The notes beneath the pieces are model-generated. The model did no database searches. It saw only the letters and a program-made list of their open reading frames with translations, and was not told where the DNA came from. Source: Tubiluchus corallicola (taxonomy: Eukaryota; Animalia; Priapulida). From it: a stretch of 64,000 bases of DNA. Below, piece by piece: positions 36,561 to 47,962 of this stretch; position 1 is the first letter of the stretch, and each line of letters starts with the position of its first letter. Both the position numbers and the translations under genes were made by a program. The stretch covers positions 32,591 through 96,590 of the forward strand of contig JAQGDQ010000490.1 of assembly GCA_030141605.1 (NCBI GenBank), in the 5' to 3' direction.

Positions 36561-37837
36561 CCGGCCCTGGACAGGAACATGTAAACAAGTCAGTCGACCT
36601 GCTTTTGATTTTTTCGCTTTTTGGCAGATAATTTTAGTTCAATCACAAGCACCACAACACACAATCGCAGTTTTTGCAACAAATTATAAAGCAGTGAAAT
36701 AAACGCGTAACAAAAATAGACTCTAGAGGATGTCAAACTGTAACAAAATTGATAAAAGATTTGCAACAAAAAATGGTTAATTATAATATGCTAATGGCTA
36801 ATAGAATGACTAATAAGCCTTTTCGCAGTTTCTTCGTGCGCAATCGCAGTTGCTGCAGGTCGAAGGTTAAGTGTACAATAGCAACGTGTCTTAACTACAA
36901 CTGTTATGTGACGTGTGCATAAAGTAAAGCTGTCTGTTGCATCAGTTCAGTAACGTAAGTTGCTGTAGGTCGAATGTTAAGTGTACCACTGTAAGGCGTC
37001 TTAACTACAACCGTCACTCGACCTGTGTGTAAAGCAAAGCTGTCTGCTACATCAGTTCAGTAAAGCCAGTTGTTTTACGTGAACTTTAGTTAATATGCAT
37101 AAACCTATTTCAGTTAATACGCATTAGGCTATTATGCGTAGAGTGATTTACTAATAAGATCTTACTTGGGTAGAACAAAAAACAAACTAGGTAAGTTCCA
37201 GTTAGCTGTTAAAACTGTTACTATTACAACAGCATTGAAGTGTTGTCAAGTGTACACAAATACGTTGTCTGTTACACTTAACCTCTGAAATTTTCACGAT
37301 CACCATCAATCGCTGGAACAGTGAAAAGGCTTATTGCTCCACAGTGGTTCTAACACTTCGTCTGGTAACAAACTAAATCAATATATATATAATCAATAAG
37401 CAAAATCTTTTCAAAACTTGGCGAAATCAATTTGTGGTCCCGGAAAATTGCACAAAGGAGAAAAAACTAAACCGGCAATTTCAATCGGTAATTTTCAAAC
37501 AACCTGAAAAACTGGAAGAAAAGAATAACAAGAAAGAAGAACAGAAAGAAAGTCTACGGTCTACAACTCGACAACCGCAATGGAATTTTGATTTCAAATA
37601 ATTATTTTTGAACAATTTTTATAACAAGAAAGAAGATGAAGAACTTCTATGGTGGTCCGAAATTCGACGACCGTAATGGAGGAATGAACGATGACGAATT
37701 TCACTTTCAAATCTAACAATATTTTTGGTCGTTCTTTCACTGCGAATACAAGCGTCGCATTTCTGTTAAACCTTAATAACCAATTATGGCACAATTTTGG
37801 CACAGCATTGGGCAATGGCAGGGAATGGTGAAGTCGT

Positions 37838-38023
37838 CTACATTAACTCCTTATAGAGGTCTATGACATCTTGTACGTCTTCGACGGAACCCAGGAATAT
37901 CGGGCATCGTTCGTGTATGGACTCCGGCTGAACGTCCAGGACTGGTTTTCGGCCGGTGGTGGCCATTCCGCCGGCTTGCTCCATGATGAATGCCATCGGA
38001 TTGCATTCGTACAGCAAACGCAA
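37838..38023 (-). CDS. FBP1: FBPase exon 7 (terminal)
   Basis: [19 protein letters not shown]...[20 protein letters not shown]. Confidence 0.95.
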   Translation of the reverse strand: MRLLYECNPMAFIMEQAGGMATTGRKPVLDVQPESIHERCPIFLGSVEDVQDVIDLYKELM

Positions 38024-41000
38024 CTGAAACGGAAATCTCATTATAAATACAGTAAAAGATTTATTTAGGTTCACACATACATTGTTACATTCACCGGTCA
38101 AAAGACTTGTTTTGTATTCACACGTAAAGTTAAAAACTTGTTTTGCATTCACACACGAAGTCAAAGACGTGTTTTGCATTCACACATAAAATTAAAAAAG
38201 TTGTTTTGCATTCACACATAAAGTTAAAAACTTGTTTTGCATTCACACATAAAGTTAAAAAACTTGTTTTGCATTCACACATAAAGTTAAAAACTTGTTT
38301 TGCATTCACACAAAGTTAAAAACTTGTTTTGCATTCACACAAAGTTAAAAAACTTGTTTTGCATTCACACATAAAGTTAAAAACTGGTTTTGCATTCACA
38401 CATAAAGTTAAAAACTTGTTTTGCATTCACACAAAGTTAAAAAACTTGTTTTGCATTCACACATAAAGTTAAAAACTGGTTTTGCATTCACACATAAAGT
38501 TAAAAACTTGTTTTGCATTCACACAAAGTTAAAAAACTTGTTTTGCATTCACACACAAAGTCAAAGACGTGTTTTGCATTCACACATAAAATTAAAAAAG
38601 TTGTTTTGCATTCACACATAAAGTTAAAAACTTGTTTTGCATTCACACACGAAGTCAAAGACGTGTTTTGCATTCACACATAAAATTAAAAAACTTGTTT
38701 TGCATTCACACATAAAGTTAAAAACTTGTTTTGCATTCACACATAAAGTTAAAAACTTGTTTTGCATTCACACATAAAGTTAAAAAACTTGTTTTGCATT
38801 CACACAAAGTTAAAAACTTGTTTTGCATTCACACATAAAGTTAAAAAACTTGTTTTGCATTCACACATAAAGTTAAAAAAGTTGTTTTGCATTCACACAA
38901 AGTTAAAAAAGTTGTTTTGCATTCACACATAAAGTTAAAGACGTGTTTTGCATTCACACATAAAGTTAAAAAAGTTGTTTTGCATTCACACATAAAGTTA
39001 AAAACTTGTTTTGCATTGTTATTAAAAACTTGTTATAATCGATGTAGTGCCGTATTTCCTCCAAGCTTCACATACCTTCCCTTTAGGGCTTTCAGACGTA
39101 GCTGGATACATGAATATACCGCCGTAGCACAAAGTACGATGAACGTCAGACACCATGGATCCGATATACCTAGCACCATAGGGCTTTCCGGTCTAAAAAT
39201 GCCGATATAAGAAAATTAACAACAAGAAATAAATTCAAACAGATTGAAAGTGACGTAAAAACAAACTTAATTCAAATCACATTTTTGATCATCCACAAAC
39301 ACGGTTTCGTTTTCAACAACAGATGTTGTACACGGACAGCACACGGTTCATTTTCAACAACAGATGTTGTACACAGACAGCACACGGTTCATTTTCAACA
39401 ACAGATGTTGTACACAGACAGCACACGGCTCATTTTCAACAACAGATGTTGTACACAGACAGCACACGGTTCATTTTCAACAACAGATGTTGTACACAGA
39501 CAGCACACGGTTCATTTTCAACAACAGATGTTGTACACAGACAGCACTATTCTGATTCCGATTCAAGTGGCATTTTGTAACTAACTTTTTTACTTTTTTG
39601 TGACATCACGAAAATTAAGCAGTAATACCGTGCTTGATGCGCAAGGGAACCTGCTATTGCACAAACTGTGGTTAGTTTCTGATGTAAGCAATAACTGTGT
39701 TCGGTTATCGTTAATTAACTTTCTAAGCTTCAAATTTTATAAGAAACAATTGCGAACTTTTATAGGCAAGAGAATGTATATTTTGGACAGTAAAACAAAA
39801 CGAGATTGAGTCTAAACGATCGTCCGATCTTCCTCTAAGCGTGTTCTTTATTTCTAATTTTCTAATCTAGCAACCCTAAATTAGCTACAAGTCTGAACCT
39901 AAGTCAGACTGCAATGCAAATACATAAAAATTATAAACATTTCCGGGAATCAAAACTTATAATTAATATCCCGAAAATGTGTCTGTATGAAAGCCTACGA
40001 TCAAGACAAGACGGTTACTGACTAACAAAACTACAGTTTTCCCTCACTACTTCGCGGTTCGTTTATCGCGGACTCGCTGTTTCGCGGGTTTCCAGAAATA
40101 TTAATGTAAAATATTTATGGCAGTATTTTCGCTGTTTCGCTGGTTTTTGCAGTACTCCGTCTAAAGTATTTTTGCACATGCGTAGTAGATTTAATAAATT
40201 TTGCACAAGAATGTATAAAAATATATTAAAAATATTAATTCTAACATTAAAAGAATGTTATAAATCATAAAATCACCATTTACAGTAAATAGTGTATTTA
40301 TTCGGCAGATGAATACACACCAAAAACGAAATGTAGTACTTGCGCCCCCTTGAGATGCTACTTGCCGACGTGAGATTGCACACAACACATGTCAAATTTT
40401 TAAAATTACGTATCTAGGTTTAAGAGTTTAAAACAGTTTTATGAACATTTAAGTAAACTTTTAAAAGGTACATGTACAGCATGGGAAAAGTTATTAAAGG
40501 AATGGGAAATGGTTATGTATAAGAGTGTGGGGAGGGTTTATAGAGACTTAATAGTATAACTACTAAAATAAGTATAGCGTCCCTACTTCGTGGAAATTCA
40601 CTTATCGCGGGTGGGCCTGGAACGGAACATGAGCAATAAGTGAGGGAACACTGTATCCCGAAAATGTACGTAAGCCTACGATCAAGTCTGTTACTGAAAA
40701 CTAATCGGCAGTAAAAACTATGGTGATTACCTCCGGATACTTTTTTCTCCTCACGTACTCCGTAACGGCTTTATCCCACAGTTTGGCATAACCTTCGTTT
40801 AAGCTGTAGATTTTGCCCCTCTTTTTAATATGCATTTCCGGCTCCGTCAACACGAACTCACCGATCGCCTAAAATAGACAGAAGACTAAAACGAACAGTC
40901 CGAAGACATTTGCCTCATTTCGGACGCGAAGTAAAACAGATTAGCAAACTTTTGGAAGACTCGTTTGTGAAGTAACTCTATAAAGTGGTCTACTTTGTTG

Positions 41001-44000
41001 TGATGCTGTTCTGATTCTTGATGTTCTTTATGTAATACGTTTTTAGCCACTTTTACATTGTGATGTCGCAATACAGTTGCTTCGTATTTTAAATTCCTGT
41101 GTTTCTAAAAAAACGGATTCTATAGCAACGGTTAAACAACATGACATCTAAATTCTAAATTTCTGTTTACTGACAAAATTCTACTCTACAAAATTCTAAA
41201 TGACATGTCCAGACAGTTGGGCAGAAAAAACTCAATAAGTGAATAACCAAATGCTTCGCATTCCGGACTACTTTCAGAAAATAGGAAATCAGTCGGAGCT
41301 AAAGAAAAATACAATTTCGTCAGCATGTACACAATTACGATGCGACGAAGACGGGGCACACTTACAGGGTCGAGCATAAAACCATGGACTCCATGCCCGA
41401 TTGACAAAACCATCATTGTGGCGCTACCATACAGGGCGTATCCTGCCGCCACGATGTTCCTCCCGGGCTGCAAAGCATCCTTGATTGATGGCTCGCCTTT
41501 ACTTTGCTGAAAAAGCCAAAAAGTCAGTGTGACCACATCAAGTGCTCTGTGTCTCTCATTTTTTCCTGAAACTAGACACAGATGTTACTTGCAACAGGCA
41601 ATACAGCTTCTTATTTCTCTAAACCACACATTTACAAGCTGCTGCCACCTAGTGTTGATTTTCAGATTCAGAATTGCTTTAATGCAAAAATGGTTTCAGC
41701 CTTCTTAAATCTAAAATTTTGTGCGTCGTTACTCTCTCCGCATTATTTGTTGTTTGCACCACATTTTTGTTTGTTTTCAGCCAACGCCCACGAGTAGATT
41801 CTTACTAGGATACACGAGTGCGGTTACCAGTGCCGTAAGCATTGCTGTGAGTATTGCTTTGTTTCTGTTACGACTGTATGTGGCCAAACACAGATGTCAA
41901 TTGAACGTACATTATTGGCTCTTTTCAAAGCAAAGAAACAACAAAACTCTCCACTTACATCAAAGTTAAAAAATTCGTTTAGAAATTTCGCACCACTTAC
42001 ATATTAAAAGAATATTATAAATCATAGAAAATTACCATTTACAGTAAATAGTGTATTTATTCGGCGGATGAATACGCACCAAAAACGAAATGTAGTACTT
42101 GCGCCCGCTTGAAATGCTACTTGCTGACGTGAGATTGTTCATAACACATGTCAAAATTTTAAAATTAAGTATCTAGGTTTAAGAGTTTAAAACATTTTTA
42201 TGAACATTTAAGTAAAGTTTTTTAAAAGGCACATGTACAGTATGGGAAAAGTTATTAAGGGAATGGGAAAGGGTTATATATAAGAGTGTGGGGAGGGTTT
42301 ATAAAGACTTAAAATAATGTATAACTACTAAAATAAGTATAGCGTCCCTACTTCGCGCAAATTCACTTATCGCGAGTTCGCCTGGAACGGAACATCCACG
42401 ATAAGCGAGGGACACTGTATAGCTGACATTGTTCGGGCATTTAATTGTTTAACAGCAAACATTTTAGCCATTGAAATTGACAGCAAGAAATGTCAGAAGC
42501 TGAGATCAAGCACACAAATTCCAGTCAAACCAAACATTAATAGACCATTGGTTCTCGGACTGGGTTGCATACACAACAACTGTAATTCTTTTCCATATTA
42601 AACAACTTTTCATCTTTATTGCACACATCTCTCTGCTGGAACCCAAATTAGTATTTAGTAGTTTATGCCGATACGAATCTGTCAAAGTAAATTAAAGTGG
42701 AATTCTCTCGAAATCACTGTACAGTGACTATAGATGTCAGCACTGTTGACTGATTTGCAACGGCTGTAAAAAATCAGCCAAAATCAGCCGATAAAAAGAC
42801 AATTTTCGCTACCTTTTTAACTGATATGCGACGGCTGTAAAAAATCAGCCAAAATCAGCCAATAAGAAGACAATTTTAACTACATTTTTAACTGATATGC
42901 GACGACTGTAAAAAAAACCAGCCAAAATCAGTCGGGAAAAAGACAATTTTAACTACCTTTTTATAAATCGCAAAAATGGAACCAATCGAGCCGAGGCAGT
43001 CGATATTCGACGAACCATCGAGGGGATCGAAGCAGACGATGTACTTGCCTTGCTTTTCCGTTTCCACGGTGACGCAGTTTGCATTTTCTTCAGAAACGAG
43101 CAGACACGTTGTAAAAGACGACCTGGCGAAAATCAGAAACTAAAACTTCTTGCTAGTAATGCAGAGTAAATGATAGACAATGCCACATCTTACAAACAAT
43201 GCCACATCATACAGACAATGCCACATCTTACAAACAATGCGACATCTTACAAACAATGCCACATCTTACAGACAATGCCACATCTTACAAACAATGCCAG
43301 TGCAAGAATACATTGCTAAGTGTGTGTGCATTTCATTTCAACTTCATAGTTTTATTTTTTATTACAGGAATTTGAAAACATTTATAGTTAAAAACAACAC
43401 AACTTTATTAAAAACTTTTACATTAAAAAGTTAAAATCATGCCAAACATTTTGACACGCTACTGCTCTCATCATCAGTGGTAAATTTACAAACATACAAG
43501 CAGTTTATATAGGCAGAGCCTTTTATGCACTAATTAAGTAGTTAACAGAAGCCAAATAGGTAATGAATAAGCAGACCAGTAAAGAAATTGATACAGTAAA
43601 TTATGCACTAATTGTGTATTTACAAAAAGCCAAATAGCAAATGAATAAGCAGACCAGTAAAGGAATTGATGCAGTAATTAAGTAGTTAAGAGAAGCCAAA
43701 TTAGGTAAAGAATAAGCAGAACCGTAGAAAAGAAATTGATACAGTAAATTATGCACAAATTATGTATTTACAAAAAGCCAAATAGGTAAGGAATAAATAA
43801 GCAGATCAGCAAAGAAATTGATACAGTAAATTATGCACTAATTATGTTCTTACAAAAAGCCAAATAGGTAAAGAATAAGCAGACCAGTAAAGAAATTGAT
43901 ACAGTAACAAATAATTGTTTACAAATACAGTTAAAGGAATTGAACTGCTTTTTACATGACAGAATGCTTATTAGGGTACATAGATAAACTTTCTTTTATT

Positions 44001-47000
44001 GTTTTAATAATTGAATTGAATTATTAATAAGTCCCAGTTATTTGTAGCTGTGGTCACAATGTTGAAATTATTCACAGGCACAAATATGGTCATTAATGCT
44101 GGACTAAGGGGAATTTTTTTAATTTTTTTGCCAGTTCTAGACAAAATATAGGCTCAGCCTATATAAACTGGTTGTCAGCACATAATGTTATGTTCTAACA
44201 TTTTTTTCCATTGCCAGCATTCTTGGAAAACACAAAACTTATTGCATTTTTCACATTTTTAAAATCATTAAACTCTAGTTCTAATTTTAAATCAAATTAT
44301 TTTATTTATTTATTTTTAATATTGGACCTTGGATGTTGTGTGGCCTTGGACTAAATGCCTAATGCTAATGATCACTAGACCACACAGGCCCTTGCGATGA
44401 TCACCTTAGCATGTTAATGAACAGCTGATTGGCCAACACGTCCAGCTTCTTCACCTCTTCTCCTTGGACATTTGTTGTTCCTGCTATTCCAAACCTGCAA
44501 AAATAGTCATCAGTAAACATCGGGGATGAGAATGACAAATTGCAAAAATTCTGAAACAGGCCGGGGGTTTTGGGGCCACCTAGGCCCCCAATGGGGTTGA
44601 GAGCAAAGCTCCCATGGGGATTCAAGGGGGGCAAAGCCCGCTTGGAGCCAGCAACAAATTGCAATTTTGTGACCATAGAGAATCTCTAAATGGACATAAA
44701 ATATCAGTTACCTTGTTTGATACATAATTTAAAATACCCAACTATCAAGGATACATGATACCTAATTGTCTCAAAAACATCTAAGTACTGGCCGCTCCTA
44801 TGCAAAAGTATATAAAAACTGTCTGCAACTGAATCAAGTAACTCCACACAATTGATTCTATATTTTTATACATAGAGATATACATGTGGTTACACTGATG
44901 TACGTGATGTAAACAAAGTGACGGCCAATCAGTCAGCTTGTGAAATAATGTACTGGGTCCGCAAAAATTTTCTCAATGAGTTTACGCGATTTACCAAAAT
45001 GGCACTACTGGTCTTCCAAAAACTCGGAATTCCGTGTATCGCATGTGGAACTGACAACAAACTGTGTGAGCAACAGTACTTTCTCTACCTAGCAGCAGAC
45101 GCTACCAGCGCAGCGTTCAGCATGTAATCTGAGACATGTGCGCATGGCTGCATGCACACAACAGTCAAACACAACATTGTGCTGGGCTGTGAAACAAACA
45201 GTACTACCCTCACGTACTCTGGTTCCGTAGAAGTGTAAAGAAAGAGCTTAAGAAAAAACACTTATTGTTGTGTTTTGTTTCTCTCGGAAGGCTCGTAGAG
45301 AAAACCAGAAAACAGGTCGTCAAATTAAAAGTAGTTTATTATGCGAGAATTCTACAACACAAAAAGGAACGCGAAATGTTTACAGTAAATGTGATAATCT
45401 GGAAACGTGAAAGCCAGAAAGCGAATCTGAGAATCTGAGGATACAAGAGAATAAACTCCAGCGGCCAGCTCCGCCTTATATATCAGTGCCAGGGAATAAT
45501 CTAGAAATAGAAAGTTCTCGAAACTTCTACAAGGTAAGAAGATTGTTCTACTATACTATAGAACAGTCTACAATATTCTATTTAATTCTAGTGGATCTCC
45601 ACAACACTTATTATATTGAATATTATTGATAATACTGAGTGAAAACAGAGGATGCTGCAGCTCCACGGTACTTATACTCGAGCCACCCCACTGCACGCTT
45701 TACATGCGAAAATGTGAAATATCTTGCAAAAACCAAGACTCTAACTTAGCAAGTGAGGACTCATATATCGAGGACAGATGGTTCGACTACATCAATGACA
45801 GAAAGTATATTTTCTAAATGCTTGGTCAGCCATTTACAGAAAAAATTTGGCAAAGCTAATTCTCCATTTTTTTCTGCAAATAAGTACAGTCATGCCTCTG
45901 TTTTAGACCATAATTCGTTCCTAGAAAGTGTTTGAAAACCGATTTGGTTGAGTACCGAATCATTTATTCTCATAAGAAATAATGTGAAAGCAAATAATCT
46001 CAATAATGTCTCAAGCACCAAATGAACTGTAAAGTATTAATAAAACGAAATATAATAATGCAAAAATGTTTATTCAAACAGTAGATATGATATAATTGAT
46101 ATGAAAAACACAACAGAATCACTTAGAAAGGAAAACATAATTGTTCCTGCATGAAAAAGCAGAGAAAAATAAGCGTAGAAAGCAGTTAGCGATGTTAGGC
46201 GATTCAAATATTGTGCGTGACTACTCTCGGGTCGGGGTTACTCTTGGCTCTACTCGGCTCGCCGCGCATGTGTTCATCACGTGTTTGGCGGTTGGTCGAG
46301 AACGGAGACAATTTCAGCTCAAATTTTCTGGTCGAAAACAGATTTGTACGAGTACGGAGACGTTAAAAAACGGAGGTATGACTGTACTCACAATAATTAT
46401 ATCTTTCCCCTGCCAAATGTTTTAACAGTAGTTGCAGGGCACGTAAACATTACTGACCAGTCTGTGGTTCACAGGTTAGATCATATATTCCCAACACCTG
46501 TAAGCTGAATGAGATACCAAAGTCAAGCGCTACAATGTTATAATTATTTACTTATAACACACAGAAGTGATACAAGCTGCCATTGCACTTTGGACTAGAA
46601 TGATCGTCAACGCTGTTCGGAGCTCTGTAAAGCGAATTACACAGCCCATATGCCTTAAACGTTTATTATCACGACAGCCAAGGACTTGACAGATAGCGCG
46701 CTCTCCAACTGGTGAGTTTATAACTCTAAGACAGCGCAGTTCGTAGTAGGAAATCGTTACCAAATCAGATAGCTTACATTGATTCAGCTCCAACATATGC
46801 AGCAAAATATAATAACTATACGACACTTACAGAGACTGGAGCAAACTTACCAAGACCCGAGAATTCTTAAGTCAAAGATCCTAGAGTCTATTTCTACTTC
46901 CACTTCCACCAGAGTAGGGTTACCATACATCCAGGTTTCCCCGGACACGTCCTCTTTTTGGGCGGGTTTTCAAAAACTCGGCAGTTTATCCGGGTTTTGC

Positions 47001-47766
47001 CTCAATCCGTAAGTATGTACGGACGTTGCCAACTGCAGAGGCGTACGACAGTACGAGACAAAGAAAAGCTCGTTGATTTTCAATACAAGATGTTGCTAAC
47101 ATCTCAAAATGCAACTCTTGTAAAAGCTTTGTGTACATAATTACTAAACAAAAGTAAACGATGCGCACATCACTATGGGTCACACGACTCACACCGCTAC
47201 TTGGCGTATTCGCTAACAACTTAAAATGACGTCAGCTTCCAGGAGCCATTTTGTTTGTTTTTATGTGAATTTCTTTAAATTTGTATAGTTTCGCTGTTTT
47301 GAGCAACTGGCAAAAGTTAGTTAGAAAGTAGCAATGCCGAAACGACAGTGTGCATTTACAGATGAAATGAAGGCCAAGTACCCGTCGATATTACTGGGAA
47401 GCCGAATGCTTCACATGTAATAAACCCTAAACTGGTCATTTTTGCCTACTTACAAGTGTGCGAAAAAGTGTCATCTTTCTCAACTCAGACAATATGGTAA
47501 CCCTACACCAGAGTATTATTGAGAATTTAAAACAAACAAAAAAAACGCCTACAAAAATACTACTTGTGGCACAACAAATTACAAAATATATTTCTATTCA
47601 CTAATATTTACAATTTAGCAATGCCAGCTCTTCGTACGGCCGATGACACTGCTTTGACGGCAGACTGTACCGAATAAAGTACTTGAGAGAGATCTCCGCG
47701 TGCCTCCGGAACTTTTCGCTGCTGAGTCAAAATGAATCTTGTCAGAGTCATACAATCGGTATCCAT
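37838..47766 (-). CDS. FBP1: Fructose-1,6-bisphosphatase class I, 330 aa, 7 coding exons
   Basis: complement join(47612-47766,44405-44494,42957-43122,41366-41506,40731-40868,39076-39192,37838-38023), 993 nt, GT-AG with consistent phases. Motifs [43 protein letters not shown]. Confidence 0.96.
38085..39016. repeat. Minisatellite, ~30-33 bp unit, filling FBPase intron 6
   Basis: TTGTTTTGCATTCACACATAAAGTTAAAAAC, roughly 29 copies. Confidence 0.95.
39076..39192 (-). CDS. FBP1: FBPase exon 6
   Basis: [39 protein letters not shown]. Confidence 0.95.
39300..39547. repeat. Minisatellite, 41 bp x6
   Basis: CACGGTTCATTTTCAACAACAGATGTTGTACACAGACAGCA. Confidence 0.95.
39600..39838 (+). mobile_element. 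Partial Kolobok/T2-like MITE (family of 13776-14504)
   Basis: Similar to parts of 14070-14508. Confidence 0.7.
40034..40653. mobile_element. pogo/Tigger-like MITE
   Basis: TA|CAGTTTTCCCTCACT ... AGTGAGGGAACACTG|TA; a second partial copy lies at ~42000-42417. Confidence 0.8.
40731..40868 (-). CDS. FBP1: FBPase exon 5
   Basis: [32 protein letters not shown]...KKYPE. Confidence 0.95.
41366..41506 (-). CDS. FBP1: FBPase exon 4
   Basis: [31 protein letters not shown]...FMLDP. Confidence 0.95.
41781..41846 (+). CDS. SFXN5: Isolated sideroflexin-5-like exon (22 codons), antisense in FBPase intron 3
   Basis: tttttgtttgttttcag|[22 protein letters not shown]|gtgagt, phase 0-0; matches human SFXN5 [22 protein letters not shown] as recalled. 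Confidence 0.75.
42000..42417. mobile_element. Right half of a pogo/Tigger-like MITE (copy of ~40245-40653)
   Basis: Near-identical sequence, ending GAGGGACACTG|TA. Confidence 0.8.
42748..42962. repeat. ~70-bp tandem repeat x3 overlapping the FBPase exon 3 donor
   Basis: ACTGATATGCGACGGCTGTAAAAAATCAGCCAAAATCAGCC...AGACAATTTT..CTACCTTTTTA. Confidence 0.85.
42957..43122 (-). CDS. FBP1: FBPase exon 3
   Basis: [13 protein letters not shown]...[31 protein letters not shown]. Confidence 0.95.
43176..43298. repeat. Minisatellite, 19 bp x~6
   Basis: ACAATGCCACATCTTACAA. Confidence 0.9.
43525..43907. repeat. Degenerate ~55-75 bp tandem repeat
   Basis: AAGCCAAATAGGTAA..AATAAGCAGACCAGTAAAGAAATTGATACAGTAA, about 5 copies. 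Confidence 0.85.
44405..44494 (-). CDS. FBP1: FBPase exon 2
   Basis: [29 protein letters not shown]. Confidence 0.95.
45266..45606 (-). mobile_element. Solo LTR, 341 bp
   Basis: CTTAT|TGTTGTG ... CACAACA|CTTAT: 5-bp TSD, 7-bp terminal inverted repeat, TG..CA. On the minus strand a TATATAA (~45476-45482) precedes an AATAAA (45335-45340). Confidence 0.8.
45887..46384. mobile_element. pogo/Tigger-like MITE
   Basis: TA|CAGTCATGCCTCTGTTTT ... AAAACGGAGGTATGACTG|TA. Confidence 0.82.
46915..47505 (+). mobile_element. hAT non-autonomous deletion derivative
   Basis: Perfect 8-bp TSD CACCAGAG (46907-46914, 47506-47513); TIR TAGGGTTACCATA/TATGGTAACCCTA; internal [17 protein letters not shown] stub at 47334. 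Confidence 0.9.
47612..47766 (-). CDS. FBP1: FBPase exon 1
   Basis: [51 protein letters not shown]; in-frame TGA upstream of the ATG. Confidence 0.93.
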
Positions 47767-47952
47767 TGTTGCTGAACTAAGTCAGTTATCAAACTATTTA
47801 CAGATAAAACAGAAGATTTTATTACGAAATCACGTAAGAAAGAATAGCGACAAATGTCTACAGTGTCTACACAGTGAGCTAAGACGTGCAAACCAACCAA
47901 GGACACCTTGCCCCTGGACAGCACGTTTGGGGGTGTGTCGCGAATCTTTTGC

Positions 47953-47962
47953 GTGATTGGCT
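47953..47962 (-). promoter_or_regulatory. Candidate CCAAT box of the FBPase promoter
   Basis: AGCCAATCAC on the minus strand, ~190 nt upstream of the ATG. Confidence 0.4.

Noticed and set aside
35045-39547. Regular arrays resembling CRISPR
   Set aside because: Head-to-tail units with no unique spacers, no cas genes, eukaryotic context.
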